NCBI GenBank assembly: GCA_017551905.1
Contig: JAFZKK010000146.1
Span: forward strand, 7,343-71,342
Length of the DNA stretch: 64,000 nt
Source of the DNA: Salinivirgaceae bacterium
Lineage (GTDB): Bacteria > Bacteroidota > Bacteroidia > Bacteroidales > SZUA-534
Reading direction: 5' to 3'
A model generated the notes under the pieces. It did no database searches, was not told the DNA's origin, and saw only the letters and a list, made by a program, of their open reading frames with translations. How positions within the stretch are numbered: position 1 is the stretch's first letter; each line of letters begins with the position of its first letter. This document shows positions 1 to 9,788 of the stretch, in pieces. The position numbers and the translations under genes were made by a program.

Positions 1-472
1 GGGTTTGTGTCGATAGAGCCAGAACTTGCTTTCCTACAGTTACCTGCGAAACAAATGAGTTTTGCTCCATGTCGTTGAATTTGTTTTGCCCGGCATCTTT
101 ATATGCTGCCGACAATTTGACCTGCATTGCTTCCAGTTGGCTTGTCCCAGAATTGACAAGAACGCTGTAAGAACCATCGCCTTGACGAGAAAAACCGGTG
201 ATATTGTGCAACTTATCGACATTGACAATGCTTTCCGATGTCTTTATCATCGTCTTGTTCAGCTCAATGACCTGAATGGCGTGCGATGTATAATTTGCAT
301 CTGAACATTGATTGAGGATAACCATTCCGTTATCGGTCGGCTTTACATCTATGGTTTTCGAATTAATGAAATTCTGGTTGGTATTCACATAGTAGAAAAT
401 ACCTTGTTGTGCGCTTGCACTGAAGCCTAACGATAAGGCAGTCAGCAACAAAATTGGTTTTACTTTTTTCAT
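1..472 (-). CDS. hypothetical secreted protein, N-terminal 157 codons only (gene runs off the left edge)
   Basis: Stop-free frame from ATG 472-470 down to base 1. It is absent from the ORF track because no stop lies in the window. It starts MKKVKPILLLTALSLGFSASAQQ, a Sec-type signal peptide. A TAtaTTTG box lies 22 nt upstream. Confidence 0.6.
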   Translation of the reverse strand, partial: MKKVKPILLLTALSLGFSASAQQGIFYYVNTNQNFINSKTIDVKPTDNGMVILNQCSDANYTSHAIQVIELNKTMIKTSESIVNVDKLHNITGFSRQGDGSYSVLVNSGTSQLEAMQVKLSAAYKDAGQNKFNDMEQNSFVSQVTVGKQVLALSTQT

Positions 473-493
473 ATTATATTAATTACTAAGGTG

Positions 494-501
494 CAAATAT
501 A
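494..501 (-). promoter_or_regulatory. Bacteroidota-type -7 promoter box (TAtaTTTG)
   Basis: The reverse complement reads TATATTTG, matching the TAnnTTTG -7 consensus of Bacteroides primary-sigma promoters. It lies 22 nt upstream of the ATG at 472. Confidence 0.5.
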
Positions 502-550
502 GAAATTTATACAAATAACAATCTATCGTGTTTTTGCACTAAAATTGACA

Positions 551-3268
551 TCAAGCATTTCCCAGCGCCTTTATCTGCTCGTCGATAGCCTTGATTTTGG
601 CTTCGGCGTCGGCTTGTTTCTTGCGCTCGTTCTCGACAACGGCTGCCGGGGCGCCATTGACGAACTTCTCGTTCGAGAGTTTCTTCATAACCGATTGCAG
701 GAAGCCTTCGAGATAGGTGCGGTCGGCGCGAAGTTTTGTGAGCTCGGCCTCAACATCGATATTGCTGCCGAACGGAATGTAGAACTCCGTGGTCTGAACC
801 ATAAAGGCAACAGTACCGTCAACTTTCTGATTCACAATCTCAATCGACTCGATATTACCCATTTTGGCAACCACGCTGTCGAAGGCGGCGTTGTAGCCCT
901 TGCTGCTCTTGTTCACAAAGAGTTTTATGGCATCGCGGTTCGGGATTTTCTTGTCGGTGCGCACAGTGCGTATTTCGGCAATGGTCTGCTTAACGTTCTC
1001 GAAATCGGCAAGATAAGCCTCATCGTATTTGCCAGCCTCGGGCCAGCTTGCAACTATCAGGCTGTCAGCCTTTTCGCGCTCTTTTATCGATTGCCAAATC
1101 TCCTCGGTAATGAACGGCATAAATGGGTGCAGAAGTTTGAGCATCTTCTCAAACAGCTCAATCACAGCACTATACGTTTTGCCGTCGCAAGCCGTTTGGT
1201 AGGCGGGCTTAACCATCTCGAGGAACCAAGCCGAGAATTCGTCCCAGAACAGGCGGTAAACGGTCATCAAGGCTTCCGACAGGCGGAACTTGTCGAAGTG
1301 GTCGTTCAGTTGCTCAATGGTGCTGCTCAACTTTTGGTTGAACCACTCAATGGCAACGCGCGCAGCGTCGGGTTGCGGCAGTTTGTCGTCCACATCCCAG
1401 CTGTAAACCAAGCGGAAGGCGTTCCAGATTTTGTTGGCGAAGTTGCGGCCTTGCTCGGGCAGCGAATCGTCGTAGAGCAAATCGCCGCCAGCGGGCGAAC
1501 AGAGCAACATTCCAACGCGCACGCCATCAGCGCCGTAGTCGGCAATGAGTTTGAGCGGGTCGGGTGAGTTGCCGAGCGATTTCGACATCTTGCGGCCTAA
1601 CTTATCGCGCACAATGCCAGTGAAATAGACGTTGCGGAACGGCACATCGTGCTGATACTCCTCGCCTGCCATAATCATTCGGGCAACCCAGAAGAAGATA
1701 ATGTCGGGGCCAGTTACAAGGTCGCAGGTGGGGTAGTAGTAGCTAATTTCCTTATTTCCAGGTGTGTTGATTCCGTCGAAAAGCGAAATAGGCCACAACC
1801 ACGACGAGAACCAAGTGTCGAGCGCATCTTCGTCGTGACGAAGTTGGTCGGCTGTAATGTTCTCATAACCTTTGATTTTGCGTGCCTCAACAAGCGCTTC
1901 TTCGGCTGTGAGTGCAACCACAAATTTCTCGTCTTCGCCCTCGGCTGTCGGCAGGAAATAAGCGGGAATGCGGTGTCCCCACCAGAGTTGGCGGCTGATA
2001 CACCAATCCTGAATATTCTCGAGCCAGTTGCGGTAGGTGGATACGTATTTGTTGGGGTGGAACTTGATTTTTCCTTCAAGCACAGGTGGCAGGGCAATGT
2101 CGGCAAAGTGTTTCATTTTCAGGAACCACTGCTTGCAAAGGCGTGGCTCGACGGCCGTATCCTGATTGCGCTCCGAGTAGCCTACCTTGTTGTCGTAATC
2201 CTCGATTTTCTCCATCAGGCCAGCGTTTTGCAGGTCGATTGAAATCTGCTTGCGCACATCCATACGGTCTTGCCCGACATAGAGCCCGGCTGCCTCCGAC
2301 AGAGTTCCGTCGGGGTTGAAAATATCGATAATTTCAAGTTTGTGAGTCTGCCCAAGTGCGTAGTCATTGGCATCGTGGGCGGGTGTAACTTTCAGACAGC
2401 CAGTACCGAACTCAATGTCAACATAGCGGTCCTCGATAACGGGAATAACGCGCCCAACGAGCGGCACAATAACCTTATGTCCGCGCAACCATTGGTTTTT
2501 CGGGTCTTTCGGGTTGATACACATCGCGGTATCGCCCATAATTGTCTCAGGACGGGTAGTGGCCACAACAGCGTAGTAGCCTTTCGCATCCTTGTGCAGA
2601 ACCTCGCCTTCGGCGCCTGTTGGCTTAACCGGATTTGCATCGGCATCGGCCACATAGTAGCGCAGATAGTATAGTTTGCTCTTCTCCTCGCGGTAGATAA
2701 CCTCCTCGGTGCTCAACACGGTTTGAGCTTTCGGGTCCCAGTTGACCATTCGCAAACCGCGGTATATCAATCCTTTGTGGTATAAATCGACAAAAACTTT
2801 CAGCACCGACTCGCTGCGCGGACCATCCATTGTGAAGGATGTGCGGTCCCAGTCGCACGAAGCGCCTAACTTCTTGAGTTGTTCAAGAATAACGCCGCCG
2901 TGCTCCTCTTTCCACTCCCAGGCGTGTTTCAGGAACTGCTCGCGCGTCAAGTCCGATTTTTTGATGCCCTCTTTTGCAAGTTTGGCAACCACTTTGGCCT
3001 CGGTGGCGATTGAAGCGTGGTCGGTACCCGGAACCCAGCAAGCGTTGCGACCCATCATACGGGCGCGGCGCATCAGAATATCCTGAATGGTGTTGTTGAG
3101 CATGTGACCCATGTGCAGCACGCCGGTAACGTTCGGCGGCGGAATCACAATAGTATATGGTGTGCGTTGGTCGGGTGTGGAATGGAAAAACTTGTTCTCC
3201 ATCCAGAACTTGTACCATTTTTCCTCGGCGTCGGCCGGGTTGTACCTTTTTTCAAGCTCCTTTTTCAT
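551..3268 (-). CDS. valS: valine--tRNA ligase
   Basis: 905-aa ORF with an ATG start. It carries the class I HIGH-type motif ([13 protein letters not shown]), a KMSKS motif, and the ValRS-type editing domain and C-terminal coiled coil. Confidence 0.97.
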   Translation of the reverse strand: MKKELEKRYNPADAEEKWYKFWMENKFFHSTPDQRTPYTIVIPPPNVTGVLHMGHMLNNTIQDILMRRARMMGRNACWVPGTDHASIATEAKVVAKLAKEGIKKSDLTREQFLKHAWEWKEEHGGVILEQLKKLGASCDWDRTSFTMDGPRSESVLKVFVDLYHKGLIYRGLRMVNWDPKAQTVLSTEEVIYREEKSKLYYLRYYVADADANPVKPTGAEGEVLHKDAKGYYAVVATTRPETIMGDTAMCINPKDPKNQWLRGHKVIVPLVGRVIPVIEDRYVDIEFGTGCLKVTPAHDANDYALGQTHKLEIIDIFNPDGTLSEAAGLYVGQDRMDVRKQISIDLQNAGLMEKIEDYDNKVGYSERNQDTAVEPRLCKQWFLKMKHFADIALPPVLEGKIKFHPNKYVSTYRNWLENIQDWCISRQLWWGHRIPAYFLPTAEGEDEKFVVALTAEEALVEARKIKGYENITADQLRHDEDALDTWFSSWLWPISLFDGINTPGNKEISYYYPTCDLVTGPDIIFFWVARMIMAGEEYQHDVPFRNVYFTGIVRDKLGRKMSKSLGNSPDPLKLIADYGADGVRVGMLLCSPAGGDLLYDDSLPEQGRNFANKIWNAFRLVYSWDVDDKLPQPDAARVAIEWFNQKLSSTIEQLNDHFDKFRLSEALMTVYRLFWDEFSAWFLEMVKPAYQTACDGKTYSAVIELFEKMLKLLHPFMPFITEEIWQSIKEREKADSLIVASWPEAGKYDEAYLADFENVKQTIAEIRTVRTDKKIPNRDAIKLFVNKSSKGYNAAFDSVVAKMGNIESIEIVNQKVDGTVAFMVQTTEFYIPFGSNIDVEAELTKLRADRTYLEGFLQSVMKKLSNEKFVNGAPAAVVENERKKQADAEAKIKAIDEQIKALGNA

Positions 3269-3297
3269 TTTGCTTTTGTTTCGATTTTAAAGAACTG

Positions 3298-3305
3298 CAA
3301 AAATA
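3298..3305 (-). promoter_or_regulatory. -7 promoter box (TAttTTTG) for valS
   Basis: The reverse complement reads TATTTTTG, 30 nt upstream of the valS ATG. Confidence 0.5.
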
Positions 3306-3347
3306 GCAAATGGTGTTTGTCGGCAAACGGAATGAGTGAAAAATCTT

Positions 3348-4772
3348 CTACTTCCCTTCTCCCGCCAATTTTGCTTTACGGTGGATGCTCTCTTTATAAA
3401 TAGGTGAGTTGGTTTTGAGGCACTGTTTGAAGTAGTTGGAGGCGGCTTCGGTGTCGCCTTCGGCCTGGCTTATCGCGCCTAAATAGTAGAGCGAGTAGCA
3501 AGGATAATACACCACATCGGCCAGATTGTGGTTGGCGGCAATTGAATAGAAATGCTTTGCAAGGTCGGTTTTGCCAATCTTGTGGCATGCGCGCCCCATG
3601 CGGTAGGCGTACTCGTTGAGTTGGACGGCGGAATATGACTTTATGTTCTCTCGTGCATTCAACAGAAGTTGCTCACAATCAGCATAATTGCCGGCATCGA
3701 ACAGTAGGCGTGCGCGCAGCAATGTGGTGTCCCAATATGGTTGCAGAGCGCATTCGTATTGGGCTTGGCGGTCGTCGGATGTTGAGGCGGGCGAGTGTTT
3801 GATTTCGTTGCACAACAATCTGGTTTTCAGTGTGTCGCCTTTCAAGAAACTGTGCCATGCCAATTTCAGCTTTGCATATCCCGTGTCAGCGTTATTTGAC
3901 TGACGCTTAATATATTGAGTGAGAAATATCTGGCACGAGTCGTTGAGCAAATTCGACAGAGTGTTGCCCATTAGAAGATTGAACATATTGCATTTGTCGA
4001 AGTGCCCATTCTGCAACGATTTGTTGAGCAATTTGGCGGCTTCTGCGGATTGCCCGTGGTGCATCAGCGCCTGTGCGGCTACAAGTGCCGATGCCGCGTT
4101 GCTGTCGGTTTCGATGTATGGTGAGTTACGGTAGATATCCAACAGAGCCGTGCCGTCGTCGCCGAGCGAGGGTAGGAGTAATATGGCCAGTAGCGCCGAT
4201 TCGGTTTTGAATGTTGCCGGGACGGTGGCGTCTGACTCAATTTCGTGCTGCAACCGGCAAAACTCGGCAATGCGCTGTTGCGGCGTCAGGTTTTTAGCAA
4301 GCGTTGGGAATGTGTTGTAGAGTTGTGCGTCGAGCACAAGTTGCAGCATGCTGTAACGATTTCTTTTCCAGCCCGTTGTCTTGTTTATGTTTTGCAGAGC
4401 CAGCATATAACTCGATGCTGCTGTCAGATTGTAGTCGTTGCTGAATGCTGCGAAGCTGCGCATAAGATAGAGGTCGGCAAGGCACAGGTGGTAGAACTCG
4501 CAATCGGTTTCGTGTTCCTTTAGTTTTTTTATCAAGGCCGAAAAATCGGTCGATAACAACAAATCGTTGTCTGAATTTATAAGCGATTGAACAACAACGG
4601 AATAGCCTGCGGCCCAAGGTTGAAATTCGCTTGCAGTGGAATCGGTGTCGAACACGAAGTTGAGAATCTGCCGGTGCATGCTGGCGCCGCTGCGCTGATA
4701 GTCGAACTGCGCGCTGGCGCTCAGGCTTGTGCCTATTAGTATTATGGCGGCTATTTTCCGGATGATACCCAT
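3348..4772 (-). CDS. hypothetical TPR-like helical-repeat protein with signal peptide
   Basis: The ORF-track start at 4805 is a TTG lying inside a terminator hairpin. The first ATG (4772) gives MGIIRKIAAIILIGTSLSASAQ, a signal peptide. The rest is Leu/Ala/Tyr-rich helical repeats (e.g. YYLGAISQAEGDTEAASNYFKQCL). Confidence 0.6.
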   Translation of the reverse strand: MGIIRKIAAIILIGTSLSASAQFDYQRSGASMHRQILNFVFDTDSTASEFQPWAAGYSVVVQSLINSDNDLLLSTDFSALIKKLKEHETDCEFYHLCLADLYLMRSFAAFSNDYNLTAASSYMLALQNINKTTGWKRNRYSMLQLVLDAQLYNTFPTLAKNLTPQQRIAEFCRLQHEIESDATVPATFKTESALLAILLLPSLGDDGTALLDIYRNSPYIETDSNAASALVAAQALMHHGQSAEAAKLLNKSLQNGHFDKCNMFNLLMGNTLSNLLNDSCQIFLTQYIKRQSNNADTGYAKLKLAWHSFLKGDTLKTRLLCNEIKHSPASTSDDRQAQYECALQPYWDTTLLRARLLFDAGNYADCEQLLLNARENIKSYSAVQLNEYAYRMGRACHKIGKTDLAKHFYSIAANHNLADVVYYPCYSLYYLGAISQAEGDTEAASNYFKQCLKTNSPIYKESIHRKAKLAGEGK

Positions 4773-4778
4773 TCGTGT

Positions 4779-4812
4779 GAAAAAAGAAAGGGATTGCCGA
4801 GGCAATCCCTTT
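4779..4812 (-). terminator. rho-independent terminator after the nif3/zinc-ribbon pair
   Basis: The minus strand reads AAAGGGATTG-cctcgg-CAATCCCTTT followed by CTTTTTTC. This is a perfect 10-bp stem plus a U-run, 22 nt downstream of the stop at 4834. Confidence 0.65.
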
Positions 4813-4833
4813 ATAGTTCTGTCTAATAGATGA

Positions 4834-5586
4834 TTACAACTCGGCTAATCCGGCATCAACAAGGATGCGGCCGCAATATTCGCAAACTATAATACGCTTG
4901 CGGGCGCGGATGTCGACTTGGCGCTGAGGCGGAATCTTGTTGAAGCAACCACCGCAGGCGTCGCGCTGAATGGTTACCACGGCCAGTCCGTTGCGCACAT
5001 TGCCGCTGATGCGGTTGAATGCGGTAAGGTAACGAGGCTCGATAAGTTTCTCAATTTCAGCTTTTTTGGCTTCAAGTTCCTCTTCTTTCTTTTGAGTTTC
5101 TGAAATGATGCTGTTCAGCTCGCTGCGTTTTTGGTTCAAGTCGCCTGAACGCTCGGCAAATACAGTCTCGGCCTTTTCGATGAACTCTTTTTTATTCTCC
5201 ATTTCCGCAGTGTACTCACGGATATGTTTCTCGCTCAATTCAATCTCAAGACTCTGGAATTCAATCTCTTTCGACAGAGAGTCATACTCGCGGTTGTTGC
5301 GCACATTGTCTTGCTGCGACTGGTATTTCTTTATGTCTTCTTGCGATTGCGCAATCTTATGTTTTTCATTGACAATGTTTTGCTCGTATTCTTTCACTTC
5401 GCTTTTGTAGTTGGCGATGCGTGTCTGCAAACCTGCCAATTCGTCTTCAAGGTCTTGAACTTCGAGAGGAAGCTCACCGCGCAAACTCTTGATTTTGTTG
5501 ATTTCGGTTTGAACTTGCTGAAGGTCATAAAGGTTTTTCAGCTTCTGTTCCATTGTGCTTTCAACTTTTTGATTCTTGTCATCCAT
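4834..5586 (-). CDS. C4-type zinc-ribbon / coiled-coil protein (COG1579, DUF164 type)
   Basis: A long coiled coil followed by CGGCFNKIP...VCEYCGRIL (two CxxC pairs). It starts 4 nt after the Nif3 stop, the conserved Nif3/zinc-ribbon gene pair. Confidence 0.8.
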   Translation of the reverse strand: MDDKNQKVESTMEQKLKNLYDLQQVQTEINKIKSLRGELPLEVQDLEDELAGLQTRIANYKSEVKEYEQNIVNEKHKIAQSQEDIKKYQSQQDNVRNNREYDSLSKEIEFQSLEIELSEKHIREYTAEMENKKEFIEKAETVFAERSGDLNQKRSELNSIISETQKKEEELEAKKAEIEKLIEPRYLTAFNRISGNVRNGLAVVTIQRDACGGCFNKIPPQRQVDIRARKRIIVCEYCGRILVDAGLAEL

Positions 5587-5590
5587 TGCG

Positions 5591-6688
5591 TTATACGTAT
5601 TTTATTGGATTTGTTTTTACTTTCGTCAATCGAACCGCAAAATTAGAAAATTTTCTGGTAAGTAATTCATAAAAAAGTTCTTTTGTGAATTGTTCGCTTT
5701 CATAGTGCCCGATGTCGGCTAAAACAAAGGGATAGCGGGCGTCGAAGAATTGGTGGTATTTGACGTCGGCGGTGAGCAAAATGTCGGCTCCGGCGCGCAT
5801 GGCGTCTTCAATCAGGAAACTTCCGGCGCCACCGCAGACGGCGATTTTCTGAATCGGTGTTTCGGGTAAGCGCGTATGGCGGATGCTGCCGCAGTCGAAT
5901 ATTTTTTTGATTCGGAGAAGAAAATCGGTGGCGTTTTCGGGTTTGGATAGCGTGCCGATTATGCCGCTTCCAGCCTGATTATAATCGTTTTGCAGCGGGT
6001 AGATGTCATAGGCCGGCTCCTCGTAGGGGTGGGCGGCAAGCATGGCGCTTATAACCTTGCCGGTAAGGTGCTGTGGCACAATGGTTTCAATACGAGTCTC
6101 GGCTTCAAAATGCAACTCGCCGATTTCTCCAACGTATGGTTTGCAATTATCGTTTGCCTTAAAAGTACCTTGACCTTCAATGTTATAGCTGCAACTGTCG
6201 TAGTTGCCTATGCAGCCTGCACCGGCGGCAAACATAACGTTGCGGACAGCCTCGGCGTGCGATTGCGGCACATACACCGCCACCTTGCTCAGTTTGTCGC
6301 GCAACGGACTTAGAATTCTAACATTCTGTAGACCAATCTTTTCGGCAATCTTGCTGTTGACGCCGTTGTTGAGCATATTGTCGAGATTGGTGTGGGCGGC
6401 ATAGACGGCGATGTCGTTTTTGATGGCTTTGATGAGCGTTCGTTCAACGTAATTGGCGCCGGTGAATTTTTTCAGTCCGCCAAAAACAAACGGATGATGC
6501 GCTATTATAAGGTTGATGCCCAAGCTGATAGCCTCATCGACAACTTCCTCGGTGACATCGAGGCTGATGAGAGCGCCTGTGGCTTCGGCTTTGCGGTCGC
6601 CCACAATAAGACCTGCATTGTCGTACGACTCCTGCATCGCCAGCGGCGCCACCGACTCGATATAATCAGTTATTTCGCTTATTTTCAT
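5591..6688 (-). CDS. Nif3-like dinuclear metal centre protein (GTP cyclohydrolase 1 type 2 homologue)
   Basis: 365 aa. Shows the NIF3 family pattern (LIIAHHP..F, AVYAAHTNLD, ADILLTADVKYH), including the PII-like insert typical of the long form. Confidence 0.85.
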   Translation of the reverse strand: MKISEITDYIESVAPLAMQESYDNAGLIVGDRKAEATGALISLDVTEEVVDEAISLGINLIIAHHPFVFGGLKKFTGANYVERTLIKAIKNDIAVYAAHTNLDNMLNNGVNSKIAEKIGLQNVRILSPLRDKLSKVAVYVPQSHAEAVRNVMFAAGAGCIGNYDSCSYNIEGQGTFKANDNCKPYVGEIGELHFEAETRIETIVPQHLTGKVISAMLAAHPYEEPAYDIYPLQNDYNQAGSGIIGTLSKPENATDFLLRIKKIFDCGSIRHTRLPETPIQKIAVCGGAGSFLIEDAMRAGADILLTADVKYHQFFDARYPFVLADIGHYESEQFTKELFYELLTRKFSNFAVRLTKVKTNPIKYV

Positions 6689-6749
6689 CGTTTTATATTA
6701 ATTGTCAATTCCCTTATGCCTTCAATTATTCAATTCCTCAATCATTCAG

Positions 6750-8030
6750 TTAATACCCGTATCTCTCTTTCCACCAGTTTTTTAGCCGCGCGCGGATGTT
6801 GTCTTCCTGTGGGTTGGGTTGCGGTGTGTAAAAAGCGTGTCCGCGCAGCTCTTTCGGCAAGAAATCTTGTTCCACAAAATGTCCTTCAAAGTCGTGCGAA
6901 TACTTGTAGTTGGCGCCGTAGCCCATTTTTTCCATTAGTTTTGTCGGGGCGTTGCGAAGGTGCAGCGGCACAGATAGGTTCCCCGTTTGCTCGACGGTGG
7001 CAAGTGCTTCGTTTATAGCCATATACGCCGAGTTGCTCTTCGGGCTTGTGGCTAAGTAAATGGCACATTCCGATAGGATTATGCGCGCCTCGGGCAGGCC
7101 AATTTTGTTCACCGACTCAAAACAGGTGTTGGCCAGTAGCATGGCGTTGGGGTTGGCCAGACCGATGTCTTCCGAAGCTGAAATTATTAGCCGTCGAGCA
7201 ATGAACTTGACATCCTCGCCGCCGTCAATCATTCGTGCGAGCCAGTAAACGGCGCCGTTTGGGTCGCTGCCGCGTATCGACTTGATGAAGGCCGAAATGA
7301 TGTCGTAGTGCATCTCGCCGTTCTTGTCGTAAATCGACAGATTCTCTTGCAGAATGTCCTCAACTATCTGATTGTTAATTACTATCGGATTTTTGCCGTC
7401 TTGTGCGCTGACAACTATGTCGATGATATTCAGTAGTTTGCGTGCGTCGCCGCCAGAGAAGCGGAACATTGCCTCTTTTTCTTCGACATTGATATTCAAC
7501 TGTTTCAGGTCGTAATCTGTTGTGAGGGCGCGTGTCAGTAGTTCCTCAAGGTCGGCGGGCTCAAGCGCTTTCAGCACATAAACCTGACAGCGCGACAGCA
7601 ACGGCGATATGACCTCGAACGACGGGTTCTCGGTTGTGGCGCCAATAAGTGTTACCACGCCTTGCTCCACAGCGCCAAGCAACGAGTCTTGCTGCGCCTT
7701 GCTGAAGCGGTGAATCTCGTCGATGAAAAGAATCGGGTTTGGTTGGTCGAAAAACTGTTGCCTCTTGGCCTGGTCGATGGTGTCACGCACATCTTTCACG
7801 CCAGAGCTTATGGCGCTCAACGAGAAGAACGCACGACCTTGTAAATTGCTGATAATGTTAGCTAAAGTGGTTTTGCCAACGCCCGGCGGACCCCACAGAA
7901 TCATGCTCGGTATCCGCCCCGACTCAATGGCCCGGCGCAGTACGGCTCCCTTCCCGACCAGATGTTTCTGACCGATATATTCGTCCAAATTCTTCGGGCG
8001 TAACCGCTCCGCTAACGGCAAGTTCGACAT
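6750..8030 (-). CDS. rarA: replication-associated recombination protein A (AAA+ ATPase)
   Basis: 426 aa. N-terminus PLAERLRPKNLDEYIGQKHL, Walker A GPPGVGKTT, Walker B FIDEIHRF, and a MgsA C-terminal domain. Confidence 0.93.
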   Translation of the reverse strand: MSNLPLAERLRPKNLDEYIGQKHLVGKGAVLRRAIESGRIPSMILWGPPGVGKTTLANIISNLQGRAFFSLSAISSGVKDVRDTIDQAKRQQFFDQPNPILFIDEIHRFSKAQQDSLLGAVEQGVVTLIGATTENPSFEVISPLLSRCQVYVLKALEPADLEELLTRALTTDYDLKQLNINVEEKEAMFRFSGGDARKLLNIIDIVVSAQDGKNPIVINNQIVEDILQENLSIYDKNGEMHYDIISAFIKSIRGSDPNGAVYWLARMIDGGEDVKFIARRLIISASEDIGLANPNAMLLANTCFESVNKIGLPEARIILSECAIYLATSPKSNSAYMAINEALATVEQTGNLSVPLHLRNAPTKLMEKMGYGANYKYSHDFEGHFVEQDFLPKELRGHAFYTPQPNPQEDNIRARLKNWWKERYGY

Positions 8031-8063
8031 TCTGCGTTGTTTTTCGATTGCGGCGAAGATAAA

Positions 8064-8142
8064 AAACGTAAACGTAAACTGAAAACGAAAACATTGACAC
8101 TAACGATAACTAAAACGATGACGATAACTAAGACGATGAAAC
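8064..8142 (+). repeat. hexamer-periodic low-complexity tract (NNNAAC/ACG units with embedded TAA)
   Basis: aaacgt aaacgt aaactg aaaacg ... gacactaac gataac taaaac gatgac gataac taagac. Near-identical in pattern to the minus strand of 14395-14484. Confidence 0.8.
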
Positions 8143-8208
8143 AAAGGCGGATGCAAGCATTGCGTACCTACTTATGCCTTTTGCCTAATACCTTATGCAC
8201 TATATCAT

Positions 8209-8216
8209 TATCTTTG
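8209..8216 (+). promoter_or_regulatory. -7 promoter box (TAtcTTTG)
   Basis: Exact TAnnTTTG match 16 nt upstream of the ATG at 8232. Confidence 0.5.
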
Positions 8217-8231
8217 CCAAAAACAGAAAAC

Positions 8232-8918
8232 ATGTTCGGACTGCCAACACACTTGCAAAACATTGACGATGTTGAACTTAAGCAGATAATGCAGCAGGCG
8301 GTTATGCTGCAGAACGGCATGGTTGCTTCAACTATGGCAAAGGCCGGAGTGCGCGGTGTTATGAACTATGGTGTTTCGCAAACCGATTTGCGCGGCCTTG
8401 CCCGTCAATATGGCGTCAATCATAGTCTTGCCCGTCGGCTGTGTCAGTTGCAGATTCGTGAGGCGAAGATTCTCGCATCGTTGCTTTTTGATGCTAATAA
8501 CTTTACCGACAGCGATTTGCAATTGTTATTCGACAGCGTTGTCAATCTGGATTTGGCTATAAACTTGGCGCACAATATTATATGGAAAATCGCCGACATC
8601 GGTTTTTACAGCCGTCTTGCTGAAGCCGGCAAATGGCACGCGGTGGCGGCGTTTTATGCAGTGGGAGAGAGCGTTGCGCGGCGTTCTGACCATTCCGAAA
8701 AACTGTCGGATTGGTTTGTCGAAAATCTTGAACCGATTGCTGTTAAAGGCTCTGTGGAATTGTTGCAATCAGCCGTTTCTACAATGCAGACCATTGCAGG
8801 CATATCGGTAGAAAGGCAAAAAACTATCTCCGACATCGCCAAAAAACTTCAGCATTCGTCTTCGATGCTTGCGCAAAATATTGGCAATCAGTTTTTAATG
8901 CTTGATTCGGATTCCTAA
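8232..8918 (+). CDS. DNA alkylation repair-like HEAT-repeat protein (COG4912/AlkD-like)
   Basis: The ORF-track start at 8037 is a TTG and reads through the hexamer tract. The ATG at 8232 follows the promoter box. The block NYGVSQTDLRGLARQYGVNHSLARRLCQLQIREAKILASLLFD fits the family pattern as I remember it. Confidence 0.5.
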   Translation: MFGLPTHLQNIDDVELKQIMQQAVMLQNGMVASTMAKAGVRGVMNYGVSQTDLRGLARQYGVNHSLARRLCQLQIREAKILASLLFDANNFTDSDLQLLFDSVVNLDLAINLAHNIIWKIADIGFYSRLAEAGKWHAVAAFYAVGESVARRSDHSEKLSDWFVENLEPIAVKGSVELLQSAVSTMQTIAGISVERQKTISDIAKKLQHSSSMLAQNIGNQFLMLDSDS

Positions 8919-9007
8919 TTGAGCAACAATTCATTTTTGAGCTATTGTTTTTGTTTGGTACGTTTTTTGTCATATTGGCAAATCGTTTTTACTGAACAAT
9001 TAATGCT

Positions 9008-9769
9008 ATGAACTTAGATAAATCATCGAATCCGACATTTAGCGACCGCATTCTGCGCGATTATTCTTATGCTGACGCCGACCGCACAATGACGGTGCAG
9101 GGTGCGGTAAATAAAGTGATTCTTCTGATGGCGCTTGTTATTGCCGCTGCGGCTTTCACTTGGTCGAAATTTATGGTGCAGGCCGAAACCGGCGAGGGCA
9201 TTGTCCAGGGCTGGATGATTGGCGGCAGCGTTGTGGGGTTCATTTTGGCACTCGTCATATCATTCAAAAAAGAGATGGCGCCATTTTTATCGCCCATTTA
9301 CGCTATTTGCGAAGGACTTTGCATTGGCGCGCTTTCAGCTTATTTCGAATTGATGTTCCCCGGGCTGGTAATGCGTGCGGTGGTTCTCACTTTCGGAGTT
9401 CTGTTTGCAATGCTTTTTCTTTATAAGACACGGATGATTCAGGCCACGCAACGTTTCCGAGCCATTGTTATGGCCGCTACAATAGGAATAGCTGTGGCTT
9501 ATCTGGCAACGTTCATTATCGGTCTGTTCGGCGTTAACACCACGTTTATGTTTGGCGGCGGCACGCTTGGCATTGTAATCAGCCTCATTATTGTGATTGT
9601 TGCCGCGCTCAATCTGATTCTTGATTTCGATTTTGTTGAGAAAGGTGCCGATGCAGGTCTGCCGGCATATTTTGAGTGGTATTCGGCATTCGGGCTGATG
9701 GTAACCTTGATTTGGCTTTATATCGAGATACTACGCCTTTTGGCAATATTGGCAAGTAGCCGCGATTAA
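9008..9769 (+). CDS. Bax inhibitor-1/YccA-family membrane protein (COG4760 type)
   Basis: 253 aa. An N-terminal SSNPTF... segment followed by about 7 hydrophobic helices. Confidence 0.7.
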   Translation: MNLDKSSNPTFSDRILRDYSYADADRTMTVQGAVNKVILLMALVIAAAAFTWSKFMVQAETGEGIVQGWMIGGSVVGFILALVISFKKEMAPFLSPIYAICEGLCIGALSAYFELMFPGLVMRAVVLTFGVLFAMLFLYKTRMIQATQRFRAIVMAATIGIAVAYLATFIIGLFGVNTTFMFGGGTLGIVISLIIVIVAALNLILDFDFVEKGADAGLPAYFEWYSAFGLMVTLIWLYIEILRLLAILASSRD

Positions 9770-9788
9770 ATTGTTATAACATAAATAA

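Noticed and set aside
545-1567. 340-aa plus-strand ORF antisense to valS
   Set aside because: It lies entirely inside the unmistakable valS reading frame and has an odd composition with no motifs. Long antisense ORFs are typical of the GC3-rich genes in this window.
4773-4805. TTG-initiated N-terminal extension of the TPR-like ORF (MPRQSLSFFTR)
   Set aside because: The extension overlaps the terminator hairpin of the upstream operon. The first ATG yields a clean signal peptide.
8037-8231. N-terminal extension of the AlkD-like ORF with KRKRKLKTKTLTLTITKTMTITKT low complexity
   Set aside because: It starts at TTG and its sequence is just a translation of the hexamer repeat. It also contains the TAtcTTTG promoter box, so ATG 8232 is taken as the start.
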